A stretch of DNA of 64,000 bases, from positions 269 to 64,268 of the forward strand of contig CAZQDR010000003.1 of the NCBI GenBank assembly GCA_964591715.1, in the 5' to 3' direction. A program made the translations under genes and the position numbers. Positions within the stretch are counted from its first letter, which is position 1, and each line of letters begins with the position of its first letter. The stretch comes from an uncultured Candidatus Saccharibacteria bacterium. GTDB lineage: Bacteria > Patescibacteriota > Minisyncoccia > Phycocordibacterales > JACOZG01. Positions 46,701 through 57,305 of the stretch are shown here, in pieces. Below the pieces are notes generated by a model. It worked only from the letters and a program-made list of their open reading frames with translations. It was not told the DNA's origin and did no database searches.

Positions 46701-47926
46701 ACTTCGCCCCAAAACGGCAGTGGTAATCGCCGATTCATCGACCCGCCTCTGGCGGGTCGATGTTGTTTAGCCACCAAACTCGAGGCTAAAAATACCGCCG
46801 CGGTGCCGCGATCACAGTGGAGGCGATCAACTATTTGATAGAGTTCCCGCGCTTGGTCACCACGGCAACTGTCGCCAAAAAGGTCCAATTGCGCTGGCGA
46901 TCGATCTCTAAAATGACTCAGCGTTACCCCGGTACTTCGATAACGGCAACCAGAGCGATACCAACGCAAACAGTAGCGAGAGGCCAGCGTCACCAACTCT
47001 CCTGGTTCAACAATTGGTCGCTCAAGCCTAAGCTCAAAAGAGTGGTAACGAAAGTCTTGGGTTTTAAAAAAGAAAAACACATGACATGGCTCCAACTCGT
47101 AGGCCCGGGCCTCTCGGCAAGCCGCTTCAATGTTTTTAGACAAATGAGACAAGAGAAAAGAAAGTTCCGTGGTGGGTGGAGTAAAAGTGCCGGTCCGACT
47201 AATCGAGCCATAGCTCTCCCGACCAACTGTTCCCACTAACTTAACCGCCTTGCCGCCCAACTCCAACCACAACTCATAGTAGGGTTGGGCAAAATGCTCC
47301 CGCACCCACCACTCGGGCTTAGCGGCAAATTGAGCGGCCGTCTTTAACCCCAGAGCCGCCAGCGCCCGAGTGGTCCGCGGTCCAATACCCCAAACTTTAC
47401 CCAAGGCTAATTGCTGCAAGATTTCCAGACGATTGGTCTCATCCATTATCACTAAGCCCGAGGGCTTACGCCACTTCGAGGCCACTTTTGCCAAAACTTT
47501 AGTTTCCGCCAGGCCCAAAGAGAAGGTGGTATTCAATTCCCGCTCTAGAGCATTTTTAATTTCCGCCACTAAGGCTCGGTAGTCCAAGCGCCGCGGCAAC
47601 TGCCAACCAGTAAGATCAGCAAAACACTCATCAATACTGTACTCCTCAACCACAGGGGTATAGCGACGAACAATCGCATACATCCGCCGAGCGTAACTTC
47701 GATAGAGCTCGTAGTCAGAGGGCAAAATAACTACTTCCGGATAACGGCGTCGGATTTGGAACACTGGCATCCCCCGCGTCACACCTAAAGCCTTGGCTTC
47801 ATAACTAAGAGCCGCAGCTATCCCCCGATCTTGGCCGACCACCACTGGTTTACCGCGCAAAGACGGGTCACGAGAAATTTCACACCCAGCGAAAAAGGCA
47901 TCACCATCAACATGCAAAATAGGCAT
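46694..47926 (-). CDS. dinB: Y-family DNA polymerase (Pol IV/DinB-like)
   Basis: 410 aa; HVDGDAFFAGCE...SIDECFADLTG motifs. Confidence 0.85.
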   Translation of the reverse strand: MPILHVDGDAFFAGCEISRDPSLRGKPVVVGQDRGIAAALSYEAKALGVTRGMPVFQIRRRYPEVVILPSDYELYRSYARRMYAIVRRYTPVVEEYSIDECFADLTGWQLPRRLDYRALVAEIKNALERELNTTFSLGLAETKVLAKVASKWRKPSGLVIMDETNRLEILQQLALGKVWGIGPRTTRALAALGLKTAAQFAAKPEWWVREHFAQPYYELWLELGGKAVKLVGTVGRESYGSISRTGTFTPPTTELSFLLSHLSKNIEAACREARAYELEPCHVFFFFKTQDFRYHSFELRLERPIVEPGELVTLASRYCLRWYRSGCRYRSTGVTLSHFRDRSPAQLDLFGDSCRGDQARELYQIVDRLHCDRGTAAVFLASSLVAKQHRPARGGSMNRRLPLPFWGEVY

Positions 47927-47929
47927 CGC

Positions 47930-48499
47930 TTAACGATACTTACGTACCACTGCCGTTACAACAGCGGCAATTTTTAAATCATGCTCCGGATAAATCGGTT
48001 TGTAGTTTTTATTGGCGGGTTCTAGGTAAGCGCGAATCCCTTGGCGGCGGTAATACTTCATTGTCCAGCCGCCATCAATCTCGGCAATCACAATGTCACC
48101 CTCATGAGGAGTCCGGCCGCGTTCCACCAACACCATGTCACCCTCCTGAATGCCAGCATCAATCATGGAGTCGCCTTTTACCTCAAGCATGTAAGTCGCC
48201 TCTTTATTATTGATTAGATAATCATCTAAGCTTACTGTATCCAACACGTGCTCCTCAGCGATGGTGGGGAAACCAGCCTCCACCAAACCCAAAACTGGCA
48301 CCTCGCCAAACAACTTCAGCGGAATCAGTCGGCCGGTGCTATCTTTAGACAACATCCCCTCCTCGATTAATTTGTGGACCAGTTTAAAAGCGGCGTTTTT
48401 AGATTTGAAACCGCAGAGCGTCATGATCTCCTGATAGCTCGGCATGCGCTTGTGGCGTTGATAGAAGCCAATGATTTTATCTTTATAGCGATTCATCAT
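47930..48499 (-). CDS. lexA: LexA-like repressor (HTH + S24 peptidase)
   Basis: N-terminal wHTH, GDSM Ser, Lys dyad; upstream SOS box. Confidence 0.85.
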   Translation of the reverse strand: MMNRYKDKIIGFYQRHKRMPSYQEIMTLCGFKSKNAAFKLVHKLIEEGMLSKDSTGRLIPLKLFGEVPVLGLVEAGFPTIAEEHVLDTVSLDDYLINNKEATYMLEVKGDSMIDAGIQEGDMVLVERGRTPHEGDIVIAEIDGGWTMKYYRRQGIRAYLEPANKNYKPIYPEHDLKIAAVVTAVVRKYR

Positions 48500-48642
48500 A
48501 CCCGGGCCAACTTACTTAGTAATTGCTTGTGGCGGCGAGCCTCGACGCGGTAATCTTGACCGCGCAGAATCTTTTGATCGATCAGACGATTAAGCCAGTT
48601 AATCTCAACCTTGATGATGCTAACCATTTGCGTGCGACTCAT
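48496..48642 (-). CDS. small basic protein co-transcribed with lexA (48 aa), leaderless
   Basis: MSRTQMVSIIK...; ATG 6 nt after -10; ATGA overlap with lexA. Confidence 0.35.
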   Translation of the reverse strand: MSRTQMVSIIKVEINWLNRLIDQKILRGQDYRVEARRHKQLLSKLARV

Positions 48643-48648
48643 GCTTAT

Positions 48649-48677
48649 ATGATAGGTGAACGATCGTTTACCGTCAA
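48649..48677 (-). promoter_or_regulatory. SOS promoter TTGACG-17-TATCAT with LexA box GAACGATCGTTT (48658-48669) in the spacer
   Basis: near-perfect palindrome tgaacgatcgttta = GAAC-N4-GTTC-type box. Confidence 0.6.
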
Positions 48678-48708
48678 GCACTCTTCCTGGGGATAACTCG
48701 GTTTTAGC

Positions 48709-49899
48709 CTAGGCTTGGGGCTCGGGTGCCACCGCAACTTGCGGAAAAAAGTGAGCAATGATCTGAGGCAGCAAGCTTAGTATCACCAAAAGCAACAACG
48801 CCGCCAAATAGCGAAAATCAACGACCAAGTATTTTAAAGCCGGAATAGCGGTCGACAAATACGGTAAGTAGGCGAGAAAAGAAACCAGGAGAACGGCAGC
48901 GGGCACATGCCATTGGCGCGGATAATAGTAAACGTATAACACAGATAAGACATCCGCTAAATAGAAGTAACGCTCGTGCATCCGCGGCAACAGGAACGGA
49001 ATCACGATCACGCAAAACAAACTGATTAAAACCGCCCGAGGAGCAGTTAAACTCTCCCGACTCCGCCGCAACAATACGACCAGCGCCAGAGCCGCAATCG
49101 CTGCCACCACAACCCCACTAAACACCGCCAGCGAACGAGTGCCCTCGGTCAAAGTTAGACGCTCAATAAAAGCGTAAACGGTTGGCGCCGACAAAACTAA
49201 GGCTTGATACTCATTAGCCTGATTGGCGTAGACTAATAATAATTCTGAAAACGATCCCCCACCGAGCCAGGCTGGCAACACCGAAAGAACATAGATCAAG
49301 GGAATTAAAAATAAGTACAGCCATCGACCCCGCGCTCGCAAAAGATAACCCGCCAGAACGGGCAAGAAAAATAGACTTTGAACTTTAAAACAAAAGCTGA
49401 TCGCAAAGGCCAACGTTGCCCCGAGCGGCTTATCGCGAATAATCAACCACAGGCTAAGTAAAACAAAGGTGGCGTAGAGCGAGTCGGACTGACCCCAGAG
49501 GGCGCTATTAATAATGACGGTGGGGAGTGCCAGCACGGATGCAAAAACCAAGCTCTTTTTTTGCGCGATAATAGCCGCCAAAGAGGCTAAAACAAGATCA
49601 AAAATCACCGAAAGAGTCTTGAGACTCACCAAGCTGTCCACTGGCAACCAGGTCAAAACTTTGATCAGGTAAAGATATAGCGGAGCATAATTGGAAAACG
49701 GGGTTTGGAAGGCACTCAATCCGGGAGCTGAGGCTAGGGCAGAGAACCAAGGTTGCAAAAAATACCGATAGTCATCAGTGGTAACCGGATAAGCCATAAC
49801 TCTCACCAACAGCGCCAAGACGACAATAATTAGTGACGCCCAAAAGGCGTAGCGCCAAGCCCGTTGCTCAAGGCCAGGTTTAATAGAAGCCGGGGGCAT
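48709..49899 (-). CDS. polytopic membrane protein, GT-C-fold glycosyltransferase-like (DUF2029/PMT-like)
   Basis: 396 aa, ~10 TM. Confidence 0.5.
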   Translation of the reverse strand: MPPASIKPGLEQRAWRYAFWASLIIVVLALLVRVMAYPVTTDDYRYFLQPWFSALASAPGLSAFQTPFSNYAPLYLYLIKVLTWLPVDSLVSLKTLSVIFDLVLASLAAIIAQKKSLVFASVLALPTVIINSALWGQSDSLYATFVLLSLWLIIRDKPLGATLAFAISFCFKVQSLFFLPVLAGYLLRARGRWLYLFLIPLIYVLSVLPAWLGGGSFSELLLVYANQANEYQALVLSAPTVYAFIERLTLTEGTRSLAVFSGVVVAAIAALALVVLLRRSRESLTAPRAVLISLFCVIVIPFLLPRMHERYFYLADVLSVLYVYYYPRQWHVPAAVLLVSFLAYLPYLSTAIPALKYLVVDFRYLAALLLLVILSLLPQIIAHFFPQVAVAPEPQA

Positions 49900-49949
49900 T
49901 TACCCATTCTCAGCTATAAGCTTAGAGATTTGATGAAGACAATCTGGGA

Positions 49950-50273
49950 CTAGCGGGGACGGGTGGTCGTAGCCAAAGGCTGAGCCACGGTGAAGGTGTA
50001 GCGATCATCCAGAGCTGGTCCCATCATTAAAGTAGGGGTCCGACTCCATTGGCGTCCAGGATAATCGCTGCTGTGCTCAATCCAACCCTTCATTTCTCCC
50101 ACCTGGAGACCAAGCGAGAAAATCATCACCACCACAATTAATCCTAAAATCCAGCGCGTGATTGGTGCGGAACCATAATAATTTTGGTGACCACATTTAC
50201 AACCGCAATTACACTGGCAACCACCACACTCCGCCAAAGGAATCATCTTTGTTTCTTCTTTGGTGCTTTTCAT
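49950..50273 (-). CDS. small membrane protein with N-terminal Cys cluster CGGCQCNCGCKCGH
   Basis: 107 aa; 7 Cys in 13 residues then one TM. Confidence 0.5.
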   Translation of the reverse strand: MKSTKEETKMIPLAECGGCQCNCGCKCGHQNYYGSAPITRWILGLIVVVMIFSLGLQVGEMKGWIEHSSDYPGRQWSRTPTLMMGPALDDRYTFTVAQPLATTTRPR

Positions 50274-50728
50274 TACACCAGTATAGTACTGAGCACGTAC
50301 AAGAGCAACGCTAACAAGAAAAATTTATAGTAGGAAAAAGGAACACCAAACACCCAGCGACTATGCCACGGCACATTACTCTTGGTAAAACGAAAGAACC
50401 CGTAGTGGGGATTTAGTACAAACCATAAAAAATCTTCCACCAGCCAAAACAAAAAGAACATCGCTAAAATCTTTAGCTCAAAAGCCAAGGTCCAAGGAAT
50501 ACCTGCGACAAATGGAAAATGGAAAAACAATCCCACCAGCATACCCAAATAAAAATGGTAGCCGGTTAAGGGATGGTAAGCGTCACCAAGAACAAACGAG
50601 GTAACAATATTACTAACGCGCCAGGTTGGTAGTTGGCCAGCCCAGCCGTTTTTGCCTTCAATTTGAATTTCCAACTTCGCTAGAACAGCCGAAATCAGAA
50701 TCGTAAAAATGAATAAGCCAATATCCAC
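50273..50728 (-). CDS. integral membrane protein (4 TM), unknown
   Basis: 151 aa hydrophobic ORF. Confidence 0.5.
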   Translation of the reverse strand: MDIGLFIFTILISAVLAKLEIQIEGKNGWAGQLPTWRVSNIVTSFVLGDAYHPLTGYHFYLGMLVGLFFHFPFVAGIPWTLAFELKILAMFFLFWLVEDFLWFVLNPHYGFFRFTKSNVPWHSRWVFGVPFSYYKFFLLALLLYVLSTILV

Positions 50729-50751
50729 ACCCTAAGTATACCCCGTTTTTA

Positions 50752-51090
50752 CTAGACGGAAAGTTTGCCCTCGCGGCGCCAATAGATCGCCAGTGGAATA
50801 AGACCCATCAGGGCATAGATAATCGGATCAACAATCAAGTTGGAACGATGGAAGATAAAAATTTCCGCGAGAGTACCGACAACCGCCCAGGCGATCGCCG
50901 CTACCCACCAGCGGCGATCGCGCAGAGTCACATAAGAGACAGTCTGGAGCAGACCGTACCAAATAATAAAAAATACGACAGCGCCTTCCACCTGGAAAAG
51001 CTTCCCGTCGCCGATAGTGTTAGCCACAATCTCAAAGAAAAGTGACGTGGCGTAACCGGCCACCATAAACCATAAATAATTCTTCATCAC
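50752..51090 (-). CDS. integral membrane protein (3-4 TM), unknown
   Basis: 112 aa hydrophobic ORF. Confidence 0.5.
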   Translation of the reverse strand: MMKNYLWFMVAGYATSLFFEIVANTIGDGKLFQVEGAVVFFIIWYGLLQTVSYVTLRDRRWWVAAIAWAVVGTLAEIFIFHRSNLIVDPIIYALMGLIPLAIYWRREGKLSV

Positions 51091-51135
51091 CTCAGTATAA
51101 GCTCAACAATGAATTTTTGCTTAAGCTCAACCGAT

Positions 51136-54100
51136 CTAGAGATGCTGCTTTTTGTCTTTCATTAGCTCCAAAAAGAAAGCTGGCACAATATATAGAGTGA
51201 GGAAGGAAGACAAAGTGAGGCCAAAGATAACCGCACCGCCAAGTGAGCGCCATAGCTCATTGGAAAGAGTGACTGGCAAAATACCAAAAATTGTACTAAT
51301 CGAAGTGATAAAAATCGCCTCCAACCGCGACTTACCAGCATCCGCAACCGCCTCTTGAAAAGGAATGCCACTTCGAATATTTAGATTAATTTTATCAACG
51401 AGAATAATCGCGTTCTTCACCACAATTCCGAAGAGGGCCAAAATACCGATTAGCCCAGGGAAACTGAGGGGGACGTCAAAGAGAGCCATCCCAATAAAGA
51501 CGCCAATTAGCGCTAGTGGAATCGGCACCAAAACAATCAAAGCTTTGCGGAAAGAATTAAACTGGATAATCAGTGTTGCCACAATCAAAACGAGCGCAAT
51601 AATCATGGCCCGGAGCACTGAGGTGACCGACTCGGTATTTTGCTCATTCTCACCACCATAGGTAAGAGTGTAGCCGGCCGGCAAACTATAGCCGGCAATT
51701 CTTTTTTGGAAATCCGACAAGATGGCCTGGCCGTTTGTTGAGGAATCGGCGCCAGCGGAAATAATAATGGTGCGCTTCTGATCAATGCGAGTGATCACAT
51801 CCACGGCCGGCTTCAATTCAACCTTGGCCACATCCTTCAAAAACACCGGCTGCTTGCGTAGATTAAGAATTTGCATGTTTTGAATAGCGGCCAAATCAGG
51901 AATCGCGGTTTGATCGAAAGTAGCAATCAACTGAACCTCCTTATCCCCTTCTACAATCTTAGTCAGCTCAACTCCCGAAACCGCAGTGCGGAGGGTTGAA
52001 CCAACAATCAGAGCGTTTAAATTATTTTGCTCCATAGCAGCCGAATCAAGCGTAAAGGTATACTCGGGAACAGACTCCTTCTGAGAAACATTTACGTTAA
52101 TGACGCCAGGCACTGAGACTAAGATTGGTTTGAGATCGCGGATGATTCCCGCTAGACGATCAAGGTCATCACCAGCCAAGTGCGCCTCGAAAGAAGCCCC
52201 CGAGGGCGGGCCACCCGCCAAAGTGGAAACGTTGACTGTTAAACCGGTAGTTGTTGCCAAGTCGACCCGCAAGCGATCAGAGAATTCGTAAGATTTTTCG
52301 GAGCGCTCCCCTTTCTCTTTAAGAATAATGGAAATACCCGCCAGGTTGGCGCCACTCCCAGAACCAGAAAAGGAACCTGAGTTGGGACTGGATTGTCCCA
52401 CCACGGTTGAAAAATTAGCAATGTCTTCGTAGTGGCGCAATTGCTGTTCCACCTTCTGAACCCGAGAGTCCGTTTCGGCCAGAGTAGTACCAACCGGCGC
52501 TCTTAGGTCAACGAAAACATAGTCACTATCCTGAATCGGAAAGAAGACGCTCTTAACAAAACCCAACGCCACCAGCGCCACCGCCACAAAAAACAAAACA
52601 ACGACGACGCCAATAACGCGACGACGTTTCTTTTTGTCGATAATATAGTATCGAAATGAGCGCTCATATAGCGGCAAGAAACGCTGAAAGTTAATAATGC
52701 CGTGCATTACTTTGCCAGCAAAGTTTTCGTGATCGCGGCTTCCCTGCGCGGCCAATTTTGCTTTGATTAGATCATCACTGTCCCACTCGCGCTCCATCTG
52801 CTCTTTATTGACCGACAGCTTAGACTTGCCCCCTTTCTCGTACCAGCGGATTAAATAGAGGGAAATCGCCACCAAAACAATGCCCACAATAGTAGCAATA
52901 ATCCCACCGACATAAAAAAGAATTGCTGCGATCGTCAAAAGCCCAGCTTCGAGTAAGAATAAGAAACGCCGCGTCAAGCGAAGGCGCTCAAGCACCGCGG
53001 CAAGCGGGTGGTTAATCATGAGAGCGATCAAGAGCGATGCAATCAGCGTAATCGACACGGTAACTGGAATTGATTTTAAGTATTGGCCAATGATGCCCGT
53101 GGCAAACAAGAGCGGCAAGAAAGCCCAGACCGTCGCCAGAGTCGTAGTTAACAGCACCCCCTTAAAATCGTTGAGCACCAAAAGCACCGCTTCTTCGGGC
53201 GTAAACTTACCGGTATTTAAATATTGCTTTGTCGCTGACACCACCACGATCGCATCGTCAACCAACAAACCCAACGCTAAAATAAGAGAAAACAGGGAGA
53301 GAAAGTTAAGCGAGATGCCGAGCAATAAAAGTGAGCCGAAGGTGACAAAGAAGACCAGCGGAATCGCCAGCACGGCCACAAACGCCTCCTTCAAACCAAC
53401 AATCAAAAAAAGAATGATGGATACCAGCAGAATCGTGAGCAAAAAATCATCAGAGAGCTGAACAAAATCCTCCCGCACTTGTTTAGCCATATCCGTACCA
53501 ACCACGTCATAAGTAATTCCCGGGGGTAGACTGGCCACCATTTTATCGACCGTCGCTTTAGCCTCGTCAACCGTGTCTAATACTGAGGCCCCCTGACGCT
53601 TAACCAGCGAGAGAGTAACTGCATTCTTCGGTGCCGCCCCCGCAATCGACAGACGCGAATAAACAGTTTTTTTATGCGCCTTTTCTGTAACTTCGGCCAC
53701 ATCTTTAAGCAAAATCACTCCCCCGCTTTCAGGATGAGCAATCGCCAGTGAGGCAATTTGCTCAACTGTCTCTAAAGGCAAGTCCGTTCGAATTGGCACA
53801 ATAAACGAACCCGTTTCGAGATTACCAGCGGGGATCGCTGTGTTGGCTGCCAAGATAGCATTGTTTGCCTCGGCCGCTGTGACCCCGTAAAACAAAAGTT
53901 GGTCGGGACGATAGGCTACCTCGATTTCCTTCTCATCACCACCGGAAATTTCAATCTGACGCACGCCAGGAATCTTCTCAAGTTCTGTTTGAATATCTTC
54001 CGCATATTTGCGAAGCGTGAAGGCATCATATGGACCAGTGACCGAAATTGACCAAACCGGCATATCATCAAGCGAGACTTCAGTCACGATTGGATCTTTA

Positions 54101-54543
54101 GCATCAGTGGAAATGCTAGACTTGGCCGCATCAACCGAGTTTCTTAACAGCTGAATCGAGCTTTGAATGTCAGCGCTGGCGTTAAACTCAACAACAATGG
54201 AAGACAAGGAGTTATAAGAATTAGAGGTAATTTTATTAAGCCCCCTCAGTCCCGACAACTCAGTCTCAATTTTTTTGGTCACAAATTGCTCCACGTCCGA
54301 CGGCGAAGCGCCCGGAAAAACAGTGGTTACCACTGCGATGGGAATTTTTACCTCTGGATTCGATTCTTGGGGCAAGCTAAAAAAAGCGTAGAGACCCCAG
54401 ACGCTGATTAATAAAATCATTAAAACAACTACCCGAAAATTGGTGACAAAAAAGTTAAACCACGTCTGACGCAGCTCGGGCCGAAAAGTTAAGCGCTCAA
54501 GATATTTGCTGTCTGAAGAGTGTTCGTGGTTGAAGTCCGCCAT
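51136..54543 (-). CDS. RND-family efflux permease (AcrB/CzcA-like)
   Basis: 1135 aa; 12 TM with two large periplasmic loops. Confidence 0.9.
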   Translation of the reverse strand: MADFNHEHSSDSKYLERLTFRPELRQTWFNFFVTNFRVVVLMILLISVWGLYAFFSLPQESNPEVKIPIAVVTTVFPGASPSDVEQFVTKKIETELSGLRGLNKITSNSYNSLSSIVVEFNASADIQSSIQLLRNSVDAAKSSISTDAKDPIVTEVSLDDMPVWSISVTGPYDAFTLRKYAEDIQTELEKIPGVRQIEISGGDEKEIEVAYRPDQLLFYGVTAAEANNAILAANTAIPAGNLETGSFIVPIRTDLPLETVEQIASLAIAHPESGGVILLKDVAEVTEKAHKKTVYSRLSIAGAAPKNAVTLSLVKRQGASVLDTVDEAKATVDKMVASLPPGITYDVVGTDMAKQVREDFVQLSDDFLLTILLVSIILFLIVGLKEAFVAVLAIPLVFFVTFGSLLLLGISLNFLSLFSLILALGLLVDDAIVVVSATKQYLNTGKFTPEEAVLLVLNDFKGVLLTTTLATVWAFLPLLFATGIIGQYLKSIPVTVSITLIASLLIALMINHPLAAVLERLRLTRRFLFLLEAGLLTIAAILFYVGGIIATIVGIVLVAISLYLIRWYEKGGKSKLSVNKEQMEREWDSDDLIKAKLAAQGSRDHENFAGKVMHGIINFQRFLPLYERSFRYYIIDKKKRRRVIGVVVVLFFVAVALVALGFVKSVFFPIQDSDYVFVDLRAPVGTTLAETDSRVQKVEQQLRHYEDIANFSTVVGQSSPNSGSFSGSGSGANLAGISIILKEKGERSEKSYEFSDRLRVDLATTTGLTVNVSTLAGGPPSGASFEAHLAGDDLDRLAGIIRDLKPILVSVPGVINVNVSQKESVPEYTFTLDSAAMEQNNLNALIVGSTLRTAVSGVELTKIVEGDKEVQLIATFDQTAIPDLAAIQNMQILNLRKQPVFLKDVAKVELKPAVDVITRIDQKRTIIISAGADSSTNGQAILSDFQKRIAGYSLPAGYTLTYGGENEQNTESVTSVLRAMIIALVLIVATLIIQFNSFRKALIVLVPIPLALIGVFIGMALFDVPLSFPGLIGILALFGIVVKNAIILVDKINLNIRSGIPFQEAVADAGKSRLEAIFITSISTIFGILPVTLSNELWRSLGGAVIFGLTLSSFLTLYIVPAFFLELMKDKKQHL

Positions 54544-54549
54544 AACTAT

Positions 54550-56073
54550 TTATTGCACCACGACCGTTTGGCCCTCATCTAACTCGTAAACCGGCGTCAC
54601 TAAATTAATCGTGTCATTCAATCCAGAAACAACCTCAATAAAGTCGCCTTGGATTTCCCCCAAAATAACCGGGAGACGTTTGATCTTAGAGCTTTGATCG
54701 ACAGTATAAACAAAAGCATCCCCTGGAATAATTTTGACGTTTTGAATCGGTAGCACGTAGGTCACGGGTTTATCTGAGTTTTCGGTAACCGCGGCGGCAC
54801 CCGTAATAATGGCCACACCCACATTTTGGCCGACCACCAATTTAGTATTGGCACTATCTGTAACTGAGATGTTAACCTCCGCTTTTTTAGTGAGGAGATC
54901 AACGCTCGGTGCCACCCCGGAAACCACCCCCTTAGCTGAACCCTGAATCAGCGCTGCTTGGCCGACTTTTATTCGCGAGAGATCATCACCGCTGGCGCGC
55001 GCCTTAATTTGCAAATTAACATTATCGCCCACCACCGTGGCCAACAAGGCACCAGGCAGGGCCAGCTCACCGGGTCGCAAAGGCAAGGAAGCAATCCGCC
55101 CAGTGATCGGCGAAGTAATAACCGTTTTGGCTAGCTGGGCCTGCAGGTTGTTAACCCCGGCCCGGGCGGCGGCCACTCCCGCCGAAGCAGTGGTGTTTTG
55201 CGAAGCATTGCCAGTAGCCAAAGCTGCTCCGGCACCAGTAAGTGCCTGGGCAGCACCACTAACAATGCCTCGAGAAGTGGAGATGGTCGTCTTCCAGCCA
55301 TTAAGTCTCGTCAATTCTGAAGCGGGAGAAGTTTTTGCTGTGTCATTAAGCGCTTGGGAAATGTAACTAAGGAGATTATCAATTACTCCCAAATTTCTTT
55401 CAGATAACTCAACAACCGCCGTGACACTTTCGAGATCAGTGGCAACCGATAGAGAGTTAACCGCAATTTTCCATTCTACTAAATCAGTTCGCAAATCCAG
55501 CCAGGTGTCTAAGATGTTTGTTTTTAATTTGCTGTCGCCAATCATCGATTCTAGTCTTCCACCAGTACCATCATTGTTATATAAAATTGGCTCAAGCTGA
55601 GAGTTAACAATGTCGTAACCTTTAACATAGGCGTCGCGGATTTTATCAATCGCCCCCTGCTTAGCCGACTCGACCGACACTGAACCGGTGTACTGCTGGC
55701 CTTCGGCCACCGCGAGTCCCGCTTGAGCCTGGGCCAACTGAGCCCGAATGTCCGCGTTAGTAAGTTCCATAATTACTTGGCCAGCATAGACAGTATCCCC
55801 AACCGCCACATTAACCGTCGCCACCGGTGCCGATAATTGGCTCTTTAAATCAGCCTGAGATAACGACTCCACCACGCCATTGGCGGCCACGTTCAGATTA
55901 CCTCGACGAAAAGTGCCAGCATTTACTAAGGTAACTTTGGTGGGGGCAACATTGACCTCGGTCGCCGGCCGACTCAATAGCGCTCGGCCACCAATGATGG
56001 CCACCATTACCACAATCACTCCAATCACCGACGCCGCCGCCACATGTTGGCGAAGATAAGAAAATTTATTCAT
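54550..56073 (-). CDS. RND efflux periplasmic adaptor (membrane fusion protein)
   Basis: 507 aa; N-terminal TM, coiled-coil, beta-barrel. Confidence 0.8.
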   Translation of the reverse strand: MNKFSYLRQHVAAASVIGVIVVMVAIIGGRALLSRPATEVNVAPTKVTLVNAGTFRRGNLNVAANGVVESLSQADLKSQLSAPVATVNVAVGDTVYAGQVIMELTNADIRAQLAQAQAGLAVAEGQQYTGSVSVESAKQGAIDKIRDAYVKGYDIVNSQLEPILYNNDGTGGRLESMIGDSKLKTNILDTWLDLRTDLVEWKIAVNSLSVATDLESVTAVVELSERNLGVIDNLLSYISQALNDTAKTSPASELTRLNGWKTTISTSRGIVSGAAQALTGAGAALATGNASQNTTASAGVAAARAGVNNLQAQLAKTVITSPITGRIASLPLRPGELALPGALLATVVGDNVNLQIKARASGDDLSRIKVGQAALIQGSAKGVVSGVAPSVDLLTKKAEVNISVTDSANTKLVVGQNVGVAIITGAAAVTENSDKPVTYVLPIQNVKIIPGDAFVYTVDQSSKIKRLPVILGEIQGDFIEVVSGLNDTINLVTPVYELDEGQTVVVQ

Positions 56074-56100
56074 AAATCGGATATTACACCAGAACTCGTT

Positions 56101-57204
56101 CTAGGGCAACTCGTCAACAATTTTATCTTTCCGAGGCAAGCTGAAGTAGAATGACGAGCCCTTGCCCTTCTTACTTTCCAGCCACATTTTTCCTTTATGG
56201 GCCACCACTATTTGCTTGGCCACATATAAACCCAAGCCAATACCTTCGATCTTGAGATTAATCGCCCCCGTAGTCCGATAAAAGCGCCCGAAAATTTCAG
56301 GCTGTTCCGCCTCTGCAATACCCAACCCAAAATCTTTGACCGAGACCACAATGTTGTCCACCTTATCGACACCCTTAACAATCACCTCATCAGCACCGGG
56401 AGAATATTTGATAGCATTCGTTAGAAGATTGACCAAAACTTGAGCCAGTCTGTCTCGATCACCGTATACCTTCTCAGCAATTTTACCCTCGTGGAGAATC
56501 GTGTGCTTTTTGGTGACCATCTGAATCGTCCCAATTGTCTCCTCGATAAGAATATTCATATCAAAGAATTTCTTTTTCAATTGCAATCTCCCCTTCTGAA
56601 TCTTACCGACATCTAAAAGATAATCCATCAGCGTTACGATCTTATCTACTTGTTTATTTAAATCAACAACTGATTGGATATGAGCTTCATTATTAGATCG
56701 CCTAGTTTCCGCTTCGACAATTTCTCCGTACAGTTTCAGACTCGTAACCGGAGATTTAAGTTCGTGGGTGGCAGTGCTAATGAAAGAGTCCTTTCTTTTT
56801 TCAAACTCCGCCTTCTCGCTTAAGTCGCGCACAATAAAAGTAAAGCCTTGCGCGGCCGCCTTCTCATCATTTAAAGCAAAAATCAATCCACTAGCCCAAA
56901 ACTGCGTACCATCTTTGCGTAGATGATGACGTTCAATAACCACCTTGCCTTTGGCGACAGCCGCCAAAAGTTCTTTCCTTAGTTTGTGGCTATCAACATC
57001 TTCCTTGCGAAAAATAATCGACGCATTTTTACCCAGAACTTCAGGCTCTTTATAGCCAAATAGCTTTTGGGCTCCGCCATTCCAGCTGTTGATATGGCCC
57101 CTCCTGTCGGTCGTGAAAATCGCGTATCCAGTAAGACTCTCTACGAGCAAGCGGTAAAAATTATCATCTACCCGAAAACCTTCATGTTTGATTGGTTTTT
57201 TCAA
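56101..57204 (-). CDS. cytoplasmic PAS-domain sensor histidine kinase (orphan)
   Basis: PAS then HisKA H-box (ATHELKSP) then HATPase_c. Confidence 0.85.
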   Translation of the reverse strand: MKKPIKHEGFRVDDNFYRLLVESLTGYAIFTTDRRGHINSWNGGAQKLFGYKEPEVLGKNASIIFRKEDVDSHKLRKELLAAVAKGKVVIERHHLRKDGTQFWASGLIFALNDEKAAAQGFTFIVRDLSEKAEFEKRKDSFISTATHELKSPVTSLKLYGEIVEAETRRSNNEAHIQSVVDLNKQVDKIVTLMDYLLDVGKIQKGRLQLKKKFFDMNILIEETIGTIQMVTKKHTILHEGKIAEKVYGDRDRLAQVLVNLLTNAIKYSPGADEVIVKGVDKVDNIVVSVKDFGLGIAEAEQPEIFGRFYRTTGAINLKIEGIGLGLYVAKQIVVAHKGKMWLESKKGKGSSFYFSLPRKDKIVDELP

Positions 57205-57305
57205 TGATTAGTTGCATAGTCGCGAGGAAGAGGCTATTTCCCACACTGTACACCTTATTGATTAGTATTCAATGAAGCTAGCGAGTGACCTTGTGGTAAA
57301 CCCCC

